Shown piece after piece: positions 50,618 through 62,909 of a DNA stretch of 64,000 nucleotides. The notes beneath the pieces are model-generated. The model saw nothing but the letters and a program-made list of their open reading frames with translations. It searched no databases and was not told where the DNA came from. Position numbers and translations under genes: made by a program. Position 1 is the stretch's first letter, and each line of letters opens with the position of its first letter. The DNA comes from Lama guanicoe (Eukaryota), in assembly GCA_013239625.1 (NCBI GenBank), contig MU054049.1, positions 1,377,015 through 1,441,014 of the forward strand. The letters are read 5' to 3'.

Positions 50618-53600
50618 TGCAAATCATTTTTTTAAATGAAATAATACAGTAGAATAGGGTGGAATATCAGAGTGGCACACATAAACTTACTTTGCTTTGG
50701 GAATTTGCCTTGTTTTGTATAAATATATGTCTCTGAGATTGGTATATACTGTGATCTAAACCCGGCTGCCTCCTTCTGGTGCTGGTGTCCCCCCGGCTGG
50801 GGGAGGACCCAGGGCCTGGTGAGGTGGGTGGCTCCGAGAGCTGGTGTCTCTCAGGCAGTGGCTACATGACCGTTCCTTTCCTCAGCCCTCTCCCTTGCGG
50901 GCAGCAGATGCCACAGGAAGTGGGAGTGATGTGGCAGAGCTGGCGTTGTTTTTTATTGTCCCAATTTCACAGATGTGGGAAGAGGTTAAGTGACTTGCCC
51001 AAAATGACACTGCCTTGGAACCAGGACTTCACCCAGGTCTCTAGCTCTTTCTACTGCCCAGAACTGCCTGGTTGATATCTATCTCATGGTGGTTTCTACC
51101 GTTTCCAGAATCCAGGCCAGGATGTTCCGGGAAAGGTGGAAGGGATGAATGAATGAATGAATGAGGCTCCTCACTACAACAGTAGTTCTCAGGCAGGGGT
51201 GATTTTGCCCAGGGCACCTTGGCAACGTCTATGGGACCAAGGTTGAGAAGCCCTGTTGTTAATACACAGGTGCAGGTCATCAGCTCCATTTTACAGACGA
51301 GAAAACTGAGGCTTACAGACTTTCTGTAATTTAGCCAATGTTATACGCAGCAAATGGAGAGTGGTGCGGGGACCTTGCCCACACCCCAGGAGGACTCACC
51401 ATTTCGGTGGCCCCTGCATGTCTTTCGTCTGGCTGGTGGCCCGCCCTGGTCTGGCAGTGGTGTGGCTCCTGGACGTTGAGTTCAGTCTAGCAAGGAGGCT
51501 GAAGGGCCACAAGGCTGAGCAACGAAACCGCTTCTGCCAGTTTGTCCCTTTCTCATTGTTTCCCAGCCTTTCACTTCCCCGTCAACGCCACCACAACCCG
51601 CCCCGGGCAGCAGAGCGTGAATGGCACTCACCCCAGCTCTGGGGAGGCACGAGGGAGGCCAGGGCAGGGCTGTTTGGGGTCAGGGCTGTCTGCTTTTACC
51701 TTTGATGTTAGCGTAGTTGCTACTACAGAGGTAAATGGGGGCACCTCTAAGTTCACAAGGAGGACCCAAGGCCCCTTGTTCGGGGGTATCTGGTACTGAG
51801 ACCAGTCCCTCGGCATCTGCGGAGAGCTCCCGGGGGAGAGGTGCTGAGAAGCTGGGCAGCACCAGGCCTGAGCACCTTCCAGTGGAGGGCAGTGTGCAGA
51901 GACAGTGCTGGCCGAGTCCAGCCCATCAGCCACCAGGAGCTCCAAGGAGTGATCCCCGGCAAAGCCCAGCCATCGGGAAGGGTCCGAAATGGTGCTGCTA
52001 CTAGCCTCTGCGGAGGGAGAGCCCTGCCCAAGTATCCTTATCAAAGCAACTGCAAACGTGATGGGAGCCTGCAGGACCCAGAGGCTCCAGGAGTCCCTGT
52101 GCATGTCCCAATTCGGCCTCGGATGCCAGGTCAGAGCAGAAGTCAGCCACGGAAATCAGTCAGTGCTACAAAGCAGGGCTTTTGCCCCAGAGAGCTAAAA
52201 TCATTGCTCTGTCCTGCTGGTCACACAATCAGGGAACAGGAACAGGAGCCAAAAGGGGCAGGTTGCAGGGTCCCGGGACCATCTCTTCATCTCCCTCCTC
52301 CTTTTCTTGCCTCCACACCTTGCTTCTCTCCTTTTGTCCTACAACTGGGTCCCCCTTGGGTGCGTGATGCCAGGTGCCGGCACCCTCCTGTCCTGGGGAG
52401 CACTGACTGGATCAGGCCCGAACTTCCTTGTACCAGGCTCCCTAGCCTCTAACTTCAGACACAGCCCCAGATCCGGGTGATGCTCAGAGACTCCTGAGAA
52501 AACATCCCATCCAGACACAGTGGACCAGGGACCCAGGTCAGAAGTAAGAGTCAGGCTAGGTTAGGGTCCAGGGAGAAAGCATCTCGGCTCCCAAGCTCTC
52601 TCCCAAGGGCAGCTGAACACACACAGCAATTATCACCACACGTCACGGATGGCTCTGTGAGCCTGGCAAGCCTGGGCAAGCTGCTTTCTTCAGCCACATC
52701 CCTGGGATGTCCTGAACTCCTACATGTGGCAGGGCTTTGAGGCCACCTGCACACAGGGTGTGATTCAGGGAGGATTCAGGCACATGCCAGGTCAGCGCTG
52801 CTCCCAGAGTCTCCAGTGCCAATCAGCCATGCTCCTGGGAATGGATGAAGCCGGCCTCGTCCTCTCCCAGAGCACGGAAGCCTTGGGACCAACCTGACAG
52901 CCCTTAGCTTCCCCAGTCTAGCCCTTAGGTTGGAGCCATTTAAACCAGGCCAGGCCAGGATGCAGGTAGAACCCCATCTCCATCCTGGGATGCCAAGTAC
53001 CAGACCAGTGGAGCCAGAATGGCCAAACCAGGTGTGTGATAACCTGTGTGCAAATCAAAGGTGCGTTTTACATGTATAAGAGACACCACCGAAGGGAAAC
53101 CAATCACTGAGTGTGACCCAGTGCCATTCCTCAGTTCATCCAGGTCCACGAGGAGGGAGCCCAAGTGGACGCTGTCTCCGCTGTATCTCCAGCACTAGAA
53201 CGGGGATACGCATAGTGGTGAACAGTCGATGAGCAGATGGATGTGTGAAAGAGCTTCAAGTCTGGCTTATGAGAGCCTGTGTATTCCTCTGGTAGAATAT
53301 AAATGGACTTGAAATTTCTGATTGTCCAAGAATTTCTGGTTCTTGAAAGGCCAAAGGAGTTACAAGGACAGAGCAATCACCACACTGAGAGAGAGCTGGG
53401 GAGGGTATCTTCACAGGCGGGACAGCAGGGCCCCGGAGCACAAGGCCAGTGTCATCCCAGCTCCAGCTTCTGTAAGGGACAAGCGATTCACCCAGGGAGC
53501 CTCAGTTTCCCGGCTATAAGGTGGGGAGAGGGGCCCACCCTGCTGAGTGTTCACGAGGAATGAGTGAGGCCAGGCACGTGACGTAGGGGCTTGGGACCTG

Positions 53601-54774
53601 CCACCCCATAGACACTTGACACACGTCTGTGCCTCTCTTCAACTGAGGAAGTCGATTTTGCCATTTCATTGTTTATCTTGTAAAATGTGGGACACAGACA
53701 AGGACAATTCCCTCTGAAACAGTGAGCAGGAAGGCTGTTGGAATTTGCACAGACAGGTCAAGGGCTTGGCCCGAGACGGACCAGCAGGAAACAGGTCCAG
53801 AGCCAGGGGTCTGCTCAGTGTGGGGTGGGGTGCAGGAGGCTGCGCAGTCATCACCTGTGCGTTCGCGGGCTGATACGGGCTGGCTGTCAGGGTTCACTCT
53901 ATGGAGCAGCACCTCAAGACATCCCAGAGCCGATGTCTCAAAAAACCACCCAGAAAGAGGAGCAAGAAGAATCCATTTCAATCTGTGAGGGCCTTCTGGG
54001 TGTGATAAAGCCAACCCCTGTTATCTCCGCCGGCTTCCTGCCTCCCCTTTACTGAAAAGTGGAAACACCATTCAATTACGGTAATTAAATCCGTCCAGAG
54101 AGCTGGAGCTCAGAAACCACACTGCAGGCAAGTGGTCAGACCCAGCAGCAAAGCCAAGCCCGATGGCTTCCTGTGCGAAGACGGGCAGGGACGAGAGGAG
54201 AAAGGAAGGGCCTGCTGCGCAGCTGGAGAGCATCCCTCCCAGCTCTGCAAGGACCGGCCACCTGAGCCTCCCCAGCAGGACGGACCCTGTGCCGGACCAG
54301 CTGCATCATCGGGTTTCTTCCTGTGGCTGTTGTGAAAAACTGAGCTGAGAAGATTCTCGGGAGGTGAACAGAAATAAACACCCTCCTTTTCCCCACCCAC
54401 CCTCAAGTCTCTCTTGAACTCCAGCCCAGGAGCCCAGGACACACGCTCCTGTGCCTGAGCCCAGGGATCAGAGGGGTCAGGATTTCATCCTGGAGAAGGC
54501 ATGGGGTGGTCAAGAAGTGAGCCCGAGCTGAATCGCAGCCCACGCTGTGTGCCACTGAGCAATACTCTGCACCTCTCTGTGCTTTTTTTCTCCACCTAGA
54601 AAATGGTGACAGTGAGGCCTGTTGAACCCGCCCCACAGAGGTCATGAGAATCAAACAAGATAATGGATCCCAGAGTGTGTCCCGGGATAACACGCAGATA
54701 AGGGTCATCTCAGTATTGACTCACTGGATTGGCTTCCGCCGACTGTGATCCACTTTGGGTCCTAAAAGTCAGTG

Positions 54775-55015
54775 AGGACCTCAGATCATCAGATAAAAAA
54801 CAAGATGTCCAGTGCAGCTTGAATCTCAGATAAACAATGAGTACCTATTTTTAGTATAATATGGGATGATTAATTTTATAGACATTTGACAAATACAAGG
54901 TATATTCCAACTATTGCATGGGACATACTTATACTACAAACTGTTCGCTGTTGATGGGAAATTCAGATTTCCCTGAGTGTCCTGTATTTTGACTTTGTTT
55001 AATCTGGAGATCCCA
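54775..55015. mobile_element. MER53-like palindromic hAT MITE
   Basis: 'gaatctcagataaacaat...tttttagtata' mirrored by 'tgggacatacttatacta...aaattcagatt...gtgtcctgtatttt'. Confidence 0.75.
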
Positions 55016-56669
55016 CCATTGCCAGCCCACCAGCCACCCCCTCTCTTGCTGTGTCCTGACTCCAGGACCACGCAAGCCTGGGTCCCAAGCCCAGCTCTGT
55101 CACGCAGCAGCTGTGTGACATGGGACATTTGAGCCTCCGTTATCCTCTCTCATCAATGAAGCTGATTGTGCACAGCCACATGGAGGAGCGTGGTCCTGGA
55201 GCTGGGGCCTCCTGGGGGCACCCAACAGGGCTCTGGTTCTGGGGGTCCATCACACTTGCTCAGTCGTGGGGCTCAGAGGAGTAGCTGTGTGTGGCCATCT
55301 GGATCAGAGTCGGTAGGGGGTGCCAGTGGGAATCCCCTCTGCCACTTCCTGTCCTCCCAGAGTGGGGCAGGCCAGCAGAAGGGGGACTGCGTGACCTCCG
55401 AGCCCCGGGCTGGCCGCCGGCCAGGAGTCCCGTGGGAGACAAGGAGAACGTGAGACAGCAGAGCATGTAGCCCTCCGTCCCCACCCCGCATATTCGCAAC
55501 AAACCTCTGTCATCACATCCTTGTGGTCCAAGGAGCGTGCTCAGCCACGGCAGCTGGAAACATTGACGAGTGGCTGCCGTGCTCCAGGCAGGCTGTCAGT
55601 CAGAGACGGACCAGGCCGGGGCCGAGCGCAAAGCCTTGTTGGAAAGATGGATTCACAGCAGATCAAGTGGAATAAAGCAGTGCAAGAGATCGTTGTCCTT
55701 TTCCTTTAAGGAAGAGGAAATGACTGTGCAAAGGATATTTCACAGCTCACGGTGAGAAAAAGCTGACTGATGGGGATGCACACTCGGCTTTGGTTTGTTT
55801 GACATGTTCTGATTCAAAAAGATGACCCTGGCAATGAGGAGAAGACAAAACACATCCTCAAGGGAAAATTCTCCCAGCTTCTGGCTACAGGGGCATAGAC
55901 ATGCCCCGCGTTTGCCCCAAGCATGTTTTTACAACAGGTGCATCACCAGATCCTTTGGCTGAACTGGAGAGTCCTATCCATCCACTCCTGCCCAGGGACC
56001 CTGTCTCCCCTTGTGTGCTCTGGTGCTTTGCAGAACCCGCTAGACCTGATCCAAGCTCGAGCAGTGTCCAGCATCCGTGGATGAAGTGTTGAATGACCCG
56101 TTCTCAGAGTGCTTTCGAGTCGTCAGGGTTGCCTGGACAACGCAGGGCAGATGCCAGCGTTTCACCCGCTGACACCCACAATTTAGGTGTCATCTCAGTT
56201 AATGACCATTTGCAACATGGCTGTAATTAACACCCCAGTTAATGTACGCAACAAATATTTGTTGGACACTGGGCTTCCGGAGGGATTCAAAACCATCCCC
56301 GACTTGGAGCACTGAGTGCTATTAGAGAGATAAACAGGAAAATGGCCAAGTTATGACGTCACTTAATCCCCCTGATATAAATGCTAGCCAGTACTCACCT
56401 TGAACCTTGAACCCTAATTTGAACAGTACCTGCCGTGGAATAAGCCAGTGCCTTCCACCGAGCCAGCCTGTGAGCCCCAGGCAGATTTTATATATTTTAA
56501 GACTTGGAATCAAAAAGGAAGCTACATCCACTTGGATTCAAATTCACTAATTTGAAATCTGTGATAATTCTGGGACTATCGGATTACAACTAACTGTCAA
56601 GAAAATAAATCTCGCAAAGCCTGTCTGTCAATAGGGTGAGTATTATCATGACGGAGATGGAGGGATTTG

Positions 56670-57760
56670 CTCATTTATTTAACAGATAGTTCTCGTGCTG
56701 TGCACTGTGCTACAAGAGGAGGAGACCCTGGAGAGCCAGACAGACGTGGGCCCCGCCACAGTGAAGCAGCCAGGCTAGCAAGAGAGACAGGCATTTAACA
56801 ATAATCACCCATTTAAAATCTTAATTACAATTATCATAAGTACTTACAAGGAGATGAATATAGCATTCTAGAAAAGCAGATAGCAGAGAGACATAAAAGA
56901 GCCCAAGGAAGCCACCTTTTTGAAGGGACTTACAAACTGGGTTCTGAAGTATACGTAGGAGTTAAACAGGTAACAAGAGAAAGGAAGAGGTAAAGAACTC
57001 CAGGCAGAGGGTGCAAAGGCCCCGAGGCAAGGGGTAGTAAGGCATATTGAAGAAACACCAGAAATTAACACAACATTGTAAATGGACTATATTTCAATAA
57101 AAAAAATAAAAATAATCAACCAATCAATCAATCAACCAGCTTAGAAAAAATGATGAGACTCATGGGATGCAGAAATGGATCAGATAAAAGAGGCATGGAG
57201 GAGGGAGAAGGTGCAATCACAAGTGGCTCAGATTTGTGGGATCCTCAGAGGAAGAACTGGCTTGTGGAAAGGGCACAGGTTCCGTTTTAATTGTGAGTTT
57301 GTGATGCTGCCCAGGGGGCAGACGGAGACAGAGGCTGAAGTGCAGACACATGGCTGGCGTGGATGTGTCATCAGTGAGTGGCTGCTCACTGTGGCTGTGG
57401 GTGTGGGTAGAGTCGCCTGTCGAGCTGGTAGAGGGGAAAGAGACAAGGCCACAGGGCTGGACGCAGAGGACATCCAACCATCCAGAAGAGAAAGATAAGA
57501 TATGAACAGTTAGGCCGGGCAGGGAGATATGTGAGCAGCCCACAGATCGAAGTGGGAGCTACCCCGGAAGCTAGTGGTCAACAGTCTTGATTGCAGCTTG
57601 AAAGTTAAGTCGGATGAGGAGCAAAGGTACCCACTGGAAGAGCCCCTGGGAGAGGGGAGACTAAAGGCAAAGTAAATAAATGAGTTAAGGAAATAATGAG
57701 GGGTGAGGCATCAGGAAGCACTGAAGAAAACAAAACTGTTTTTGCTTAGACATAAATTTA
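56670..57760 (-). mobile_element. L2 region containing a short L1 3' fragment (about 57052-57115)
   Basis: L2 3' end reverse complement 'ctcatttatttaacagatagtt...' and L2 internal motifs; insert 'acaccagaaattaacacaacattgtaaa...caataaaaaaa'. Confidence 0.65.
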
Positions 57761-59715
57761 TTCACTGTGCCGTGAATAAATACTCACTTTCGTTTCTGTG
57801 TATTCATCTGAGCAGATTCCACGTACTTTGTTTATAGCACAGTCCAGCACCGTGAGCTTCTTCTTATTCGTGTTACCTGAGGGGAACAGCATCCTTTTAT
57901 CTGAAATGTGCTCTAGGTTTTCAGCAGTTCAGGTTGGCTTCCTTCAGATGGTCCACAGCCGTGAGCAGGACAGTTCTGTGCTGGCCCCTGGAAAACACGT
58001 TTCAGCAGCCTGACAGTGAGCCCATGAACCCCAGCACAAAGTGATGTGTCCCTGGAACATTCACAGAATAAGTGTCGTGGTGTCCTTCTGCACCTCTGTC
58101 TCGTCCATGTCCGACATGGATTGATTTCACCCTCATCCTGAAATGAGCTCTCTAGTTAGGGATAGAAATCTAAATTTTCCAGATCACCTTAAGACCCAAG
58201 GCCGGAGGTCTTTCTCAATAAAAACTCCTCCATCTTTCTTGCTCCTTCTTTTTCGATGCCTCTGTTTGCCTTCCACTAAAATTCAGGCTGAGGACACCAA
58301 ATTCAGAACATTGCCACAAACATTCATTTGGTTTCTGTGTTGATGTGTTCAGGACATAAAGGCAAATGAGACTCCCTCCTTGGGTTCAAGGAATTTTTCT
58401 TTCTAGTTGAGGAGAGAAGGAAGCAGCCATCAATTCCTAAGACATATGGGTTACCATACACGATGTGTGAGCATACGGCATGAGTTACGGAAGAGGCAAA
58501 TCCAGGGTGCCATGGGGACACAAAGGACCCCCTGGGGTGGCGGTCAGGATGTGGCCACCCGGATGGTGGGTGGCTCAAAGTGCCTCTGTGCATCTCCAAA
58601 GAAACATACTCCTCAAATTTGAGTTATTATGATTATTAATACTATTAATAATCTACCATGGACTGGATTAATATCCAGGAGCTGCAAGATGAGAAAGGTC
58701 TTGTGGAAGCCCCAATGGTCTGCATTGACGATTTGCATGGAGCATTTATTTTAATTAGTTCACACTTGCTTCTGAGCACTCTTAAAATTCTCCTGGGCAG
58801 CTTTTTGGTTCTTTTAGCTGTCAAAATAGATACTCAAGCTTCCTGCCAACAATAAATCGAACACTGCTCCCTGCTGAGTGGATTCAAGTTCAGCCACTCC
58901 AGCCCTCTTCACTGAAAAACTTGAGTTATTAATTCACGTGGGAAAAGGGTCTTTGGTCTGATGGCTTCATCCTCCCACTGCCATTTTTGTGAAGCCAAAA
59001 ATGATTCACAACTGGGCCAATCTAGAAATCCCAAAGGCTTCAAACAGGTTTTGAAGATTTCTTGGACCAGAGAAAGTTAATGAATGTCGGAAGGGGGATA
59101 TAAACTTATCTTGGTTTTTCCCCCTCAAAATGCCTACGTTTGGAATTTTGTTGAGTTTAAGTGTGAAATCAACAAAAATTGAAAGCTAATTGTATTACTG
59201 ACGTATAAGGATAGCTTTTGTCCTGAACACGTGCTTGGCTTTTTGGTTCACTGGGTTCCAATGACATTATTTTTCTTCTTCTTTCTAGATGGGCCGTGAT
59301 GACAGCAAATGTAAGCATGAAAAGAAGTTTTAAAACTACAGATCGTAAAACCCAGCAAGGCAGGCACCCGCAGCCCCCGCTCCTGTAACAGGTATAGAAC
59401 CAAGAGCCGGCACCTGAAAACACCTTCAGTCTGAGCTGCTGTGCTGAAGGTTCCACTGGGTATCAGGAGACGAGGGGGTGGGGGTTGGGGGATGAAGCCA
59501 ATTTTATGACCATCCCGTCAGAACCCAGGTAAATCAAATCAGAATTAAAGAAATTATTCAAATGAAGCTAGCGAGAGGGAGGCATAAAGAATGTGGTTAC
59601 TTTCTGAATACTCCAAGTGTCAGTGAACAGCCTTCATTACTGCTTGGAATATGATGCAAACCCAAGATCAGTTTTGGTTTTTTGGCCACACATAACAGAA
59701 ATTAAGCAGAATTGG

Positions 59716-59813
59716 TGGGGTTTTGGAGGGGGCATATAGCTCAGAGGTAGAGCATGTGGTTAGCACATGCGACGTCCTGGGTTCAATCCCCGGTACCTCC
59801 ATTAAAAAAAAAA
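59716..59813 (+). mobile_element. tRNA-Ala-derived SINE (Vic-1-like)
   Basis: 'tatagctcagaggtagagc...ctgggttcaatccccggtacctcca' plus poly-A; likely TSD aagcagaa(t/a)tgg at 59704-59715 and 59814-59825. Confidence 0.9.
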
Positions 59814-60562
59814 AAGCAGAAATGGATATGTGTAAATAGGAAATGGGAGCCCTTGTGGATTCAAAGTGGAGGCTGAAGTTTCAGGCTGGGAATGAACGAA
59901 CAGAGGGTACTGCCGCTAGAGAAAAAAATTTGTGAGCAGGCTCCATCCTTGCTCCAGGAAATACAGTACAATGGGCCGGCCTGGGTCTCACATCTGCACT
60001 TGGCCCTGGGAGATCTCCGCAGGCCCTTTGACTTTCATGCCTGCCAAGACTGAGCGCCAAGGGGAGAGGAAACCCCCTCAAAGGTGTCAAGTGTTCTTAC
60101 TCAGAGGAGGGGATGGAAGCTGAGTGTTTGCAAATAACAAGTATCTGCTAATAGTAAGGGATCTTTCATTGGCTGGGGGATGCTGATTTAACTCTAAGAT
60201 TCTAATTTAGATCTCCGACTATCCTATCCATCTTCGTGTGGAAGTAGAGAAACCCCAGTATTACTGAGTTCAGCCATTGCCAAGGTCAAAACCCCAGCAT
60301 TCAGGACACCAGAAGACTCCCTGACTGTATGGGTAAGACCTCAAGACACGGAAAACTTGATTTACAGGGGTCGAAGCCATTGAAGTCCCCCATTTCACCA
60401 CAAGAACACAGATTCCAGAGGGGCTGATTCTGGAATCGCAGGCTCACAGCCCCGCAGGACCGTGGAGGACCCAGGGCTGTTCTGTCCACCCAGACATCCT
60501 CTGCAAATCGGCCTCGAGTCATCATTGCTTGTCCCTCAGGGTTGCAGGGTGAATGCCTCAGT

Positions 60563-60930
60563 GTTATGAGTTGACTGCTATCCTCCAGATTCACACGTTG
60601 AAGTCCTAACCCAGAACCTGAGAATGTGATTTATTTGGAAATGGAGTCACTGCTGGCGTAATTAGTTAAGATGAAGTTATTAGGGCGAGTTCTAATCCAG
60701 TAGGACTGGCATCCTTAGACACAGAGGCAAGCCAGCGTGAAGAGACACAGCTAGAAGGCAGCCTTCTGCACACCGAGGGGAGAGGCCCGGGCTTCCCTCG
60801 CAGCGCTCAGAAGGAACCAACCCTGCCCGTACCTCGAGCCCTGCCCGTACCTCGATCGGGGAACTCCCAGCCCTCAGAACCGTGAGAGACTGAATTTCTG
60901 TAGTTGAAGCCATCGGCTTGCGGTGCAAAC
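60563..60930 (+). mobile_element. MaLR solo LTR (MLT1A/B-like), 3' end rearranged
   Basis: 'tgttatgagttga...gttgaagtcctaaccc...gaatgtgatttatttggaaat...aattagttaagatga...cagaaggaaccaaccctgcc...aatttctgt'. Confidence 0.88.
60821..60855. repeat. 17-bp direct duplication (period 18)
   Basis: ccctgcccgtacctcga at 60821-60837 and 60839-60855. Confidence 0.95.
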
Positions 60931-60960
60931 AGATAGAGTTTGCACCGCAAGCCGATGGCT
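60908..60960. repeat. Perfect 23-bp inverted repeat with 7-nt spacer
   Basis: agccatcggcttgcggtgcaaac (60908-60930), agataga, gtttgcaccgcaagccgatggct (60938-60960). Confidence 0.97.
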
Positions 60961-61486
60961 ACCAAACGGGCAGAGTCAGTTTCAGGCTTGGCGTCTGCAT
61001 TACAGCAGGAAGAAAGCCACCAACGGAGGGGAAACTGGGACTGCTCCTTTGATCGGAAAGGCAAGAGTTTTCCCAGACATCGGCATGCTTCCACGCCTGT
61101 GGTCACAAAACTATGTTGCCACAGGGCCAGGCTAGCCACGTGGGAGTCTGAGACCAGGAGCGTTCAGCCTCCGCAGCTTTTAAAGAGGAAATGGGGGAGG
61201 GGAAAGGGGGTAGGAATGGGAGTGAGGTTGGCCAGGCACAGGGGCTGAGGCCTTTCGAGGGCCTTCTGAAAGACACCTACTGTGCTTTCTGGGGAGCAAG
61301 CCACCCGATTTTTAAGGCAGAGCTGAGGAGCATGTAAGTACAGGCTTTCCCAGGGCCGATTCATAGTTTCTTGTCACCTCATCCGGTTTAGCAGAACTCA
61401 GGGTCCTCCGCTTTCTCCAGCAGCCCCACCTCAGCTCATTCATTCATTAAAACAAGCCTGCCAACAAATCAGCATCAAAAAGTCAT

Positions 61487-61664
61487 GGCGGGGGTGTGGG
61501 TGGTATAGCTCAGGGGTAGAGTGTGTGCTTAGCATGCACAAGGCCCTGGGTTCAATCCTCAGTACCTCCATTAAAAATAAATAGATAAAACTAATTACTT
61601 CTCCCCCCCAAAAAATTTAAAAATTAAAAATAAATAAAAGAATAATTTTTTAATTTAAAAAAAG
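61487..61664 (+). mobile_element. tRNA-Ala-derived SINE (Vic-1-like, long-tail form)
   Basis: 'gtatagctcaggggtagagtgtgtgcttagcatgcacaaggccctgggttcaatcc'; TSD aaaagtcat at 61478-61486 and 61665-61673. Confidence 0.92.
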
Positions 61665-62164
61665 AAAAGTCATCAGAGCGCTGTGGTCAAGAGAGGAAGC
61701 AGGAAACTTCGAGGAAGGCGGACTGACCTCCAGGACCAAACCATAGCGCTGCAGGCACACCAGCCTCGGACCTGAGCAGGATGCCTTGTGGGCAACCCTG
61801 TTTGTGGAGCCAGGCTAGGCTCCGGGACTCCTGACGTGTGGGCTCTACGGCACCTTCATCCTCCATCCCCCACAGTCCTGTTCAGGTCCCTGCGGCTACT
61901 GCCCAGGCCAGCCAGGCAGGGAGGGCTACGTGCAGAGACAGCTTGTGACAGTGGAGGACTCACAGCTCTCTGCTAGATGTTCACTGTCCCAAATGCCCTC
62001 AACCTGAGCCCACTCTGGGGTCTGTACTTGCTGTTTTATCTAACTTTTCATGTCCTCATCTCCTCACCCCTGCCCCGGCCAGGCCTCTTCTAGGCACTGG
62101 AGGTGCGTACCCAGTGGTGGAGGTCAGGGTCCCAGCATCCTCAGACAGAATCCAGCAGGGAATG

Positions 62165-62900
62165 CAGTGAACCACCTCACACCTACTGGGATGGCAACCA
62201 TCCAAAATGAAAACACGTGCTGGCAAGGATGTGGGGAAACTGGAACTCCTGTGCACTGTTAGTGGATGTGGAAAGTGGTGCAGCCGCTCTGGAAAACAGT
62301 ACGGTGACCCCTCAAACAATTAAAAACAGAACTACCATATGATCCAGCAATTCCACGTCTGGGTATGTCCCCAGAAGAATAGAAAGCAAGCTCTTGACCA
62401 GGTATTTGGACACCCGTGCTCATAGCAGCATCATTCACAATGGCCAAAAGGTGAACACAACCCAAGTGTCCACTGATGGATGAATGGATAAACAAAATGT
62501 GGTCTATACATACAAAGCAATACTATTCAGCCTTCAAAAGGAAGGAAATTCTGACACATGTTGCAACATGAATGATCCCTGAGGACACTGCTAAGTGAAT
62601 TAACCAGTCACAAAAAGACAAATACTGGATGGTACCCCTCCTATGAGGTACCTGGAGTAGTGAGATTCATAGAGACAGGAAGCAGAATGGTGGTTTCTGG
62701 GGACTGTGGGGAGGAGAGAATAGGGGTGGTGTAATGGGCACACAGTTCAGTTTTGCAAGATGAAAAAGTTCTGCAGGTGGAGGGTGGTGATGGTTGCAGA
62801 ACAGTATGAATGCACTTAACACAACTGACCTATACACTTACAGTGGTTAAGGTGGTGAATTCTATGTCTTGTATATTTCACCATCTTTTTTTAAAAGAAT
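62165..62900 (+). mobile_element. L1MA/MB ORF2 end and 3'UTR
   Basis: 'gaactaccatatgatccagcaattccac', 'cccaagtgtccactgatggatgaatggataaacaaaatgtgg'. Confidence 0.9.
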
Positions 62901-62909
62901 AAGAGAATA

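Noticed and set aside
53073..53085. TGTATAAGAGACA, 13 nt identical to the Tn5 mosaic end / Nextera adapter
   Set aside because: Partial match only, both flanks diverge and there is no partner end; most likely chance
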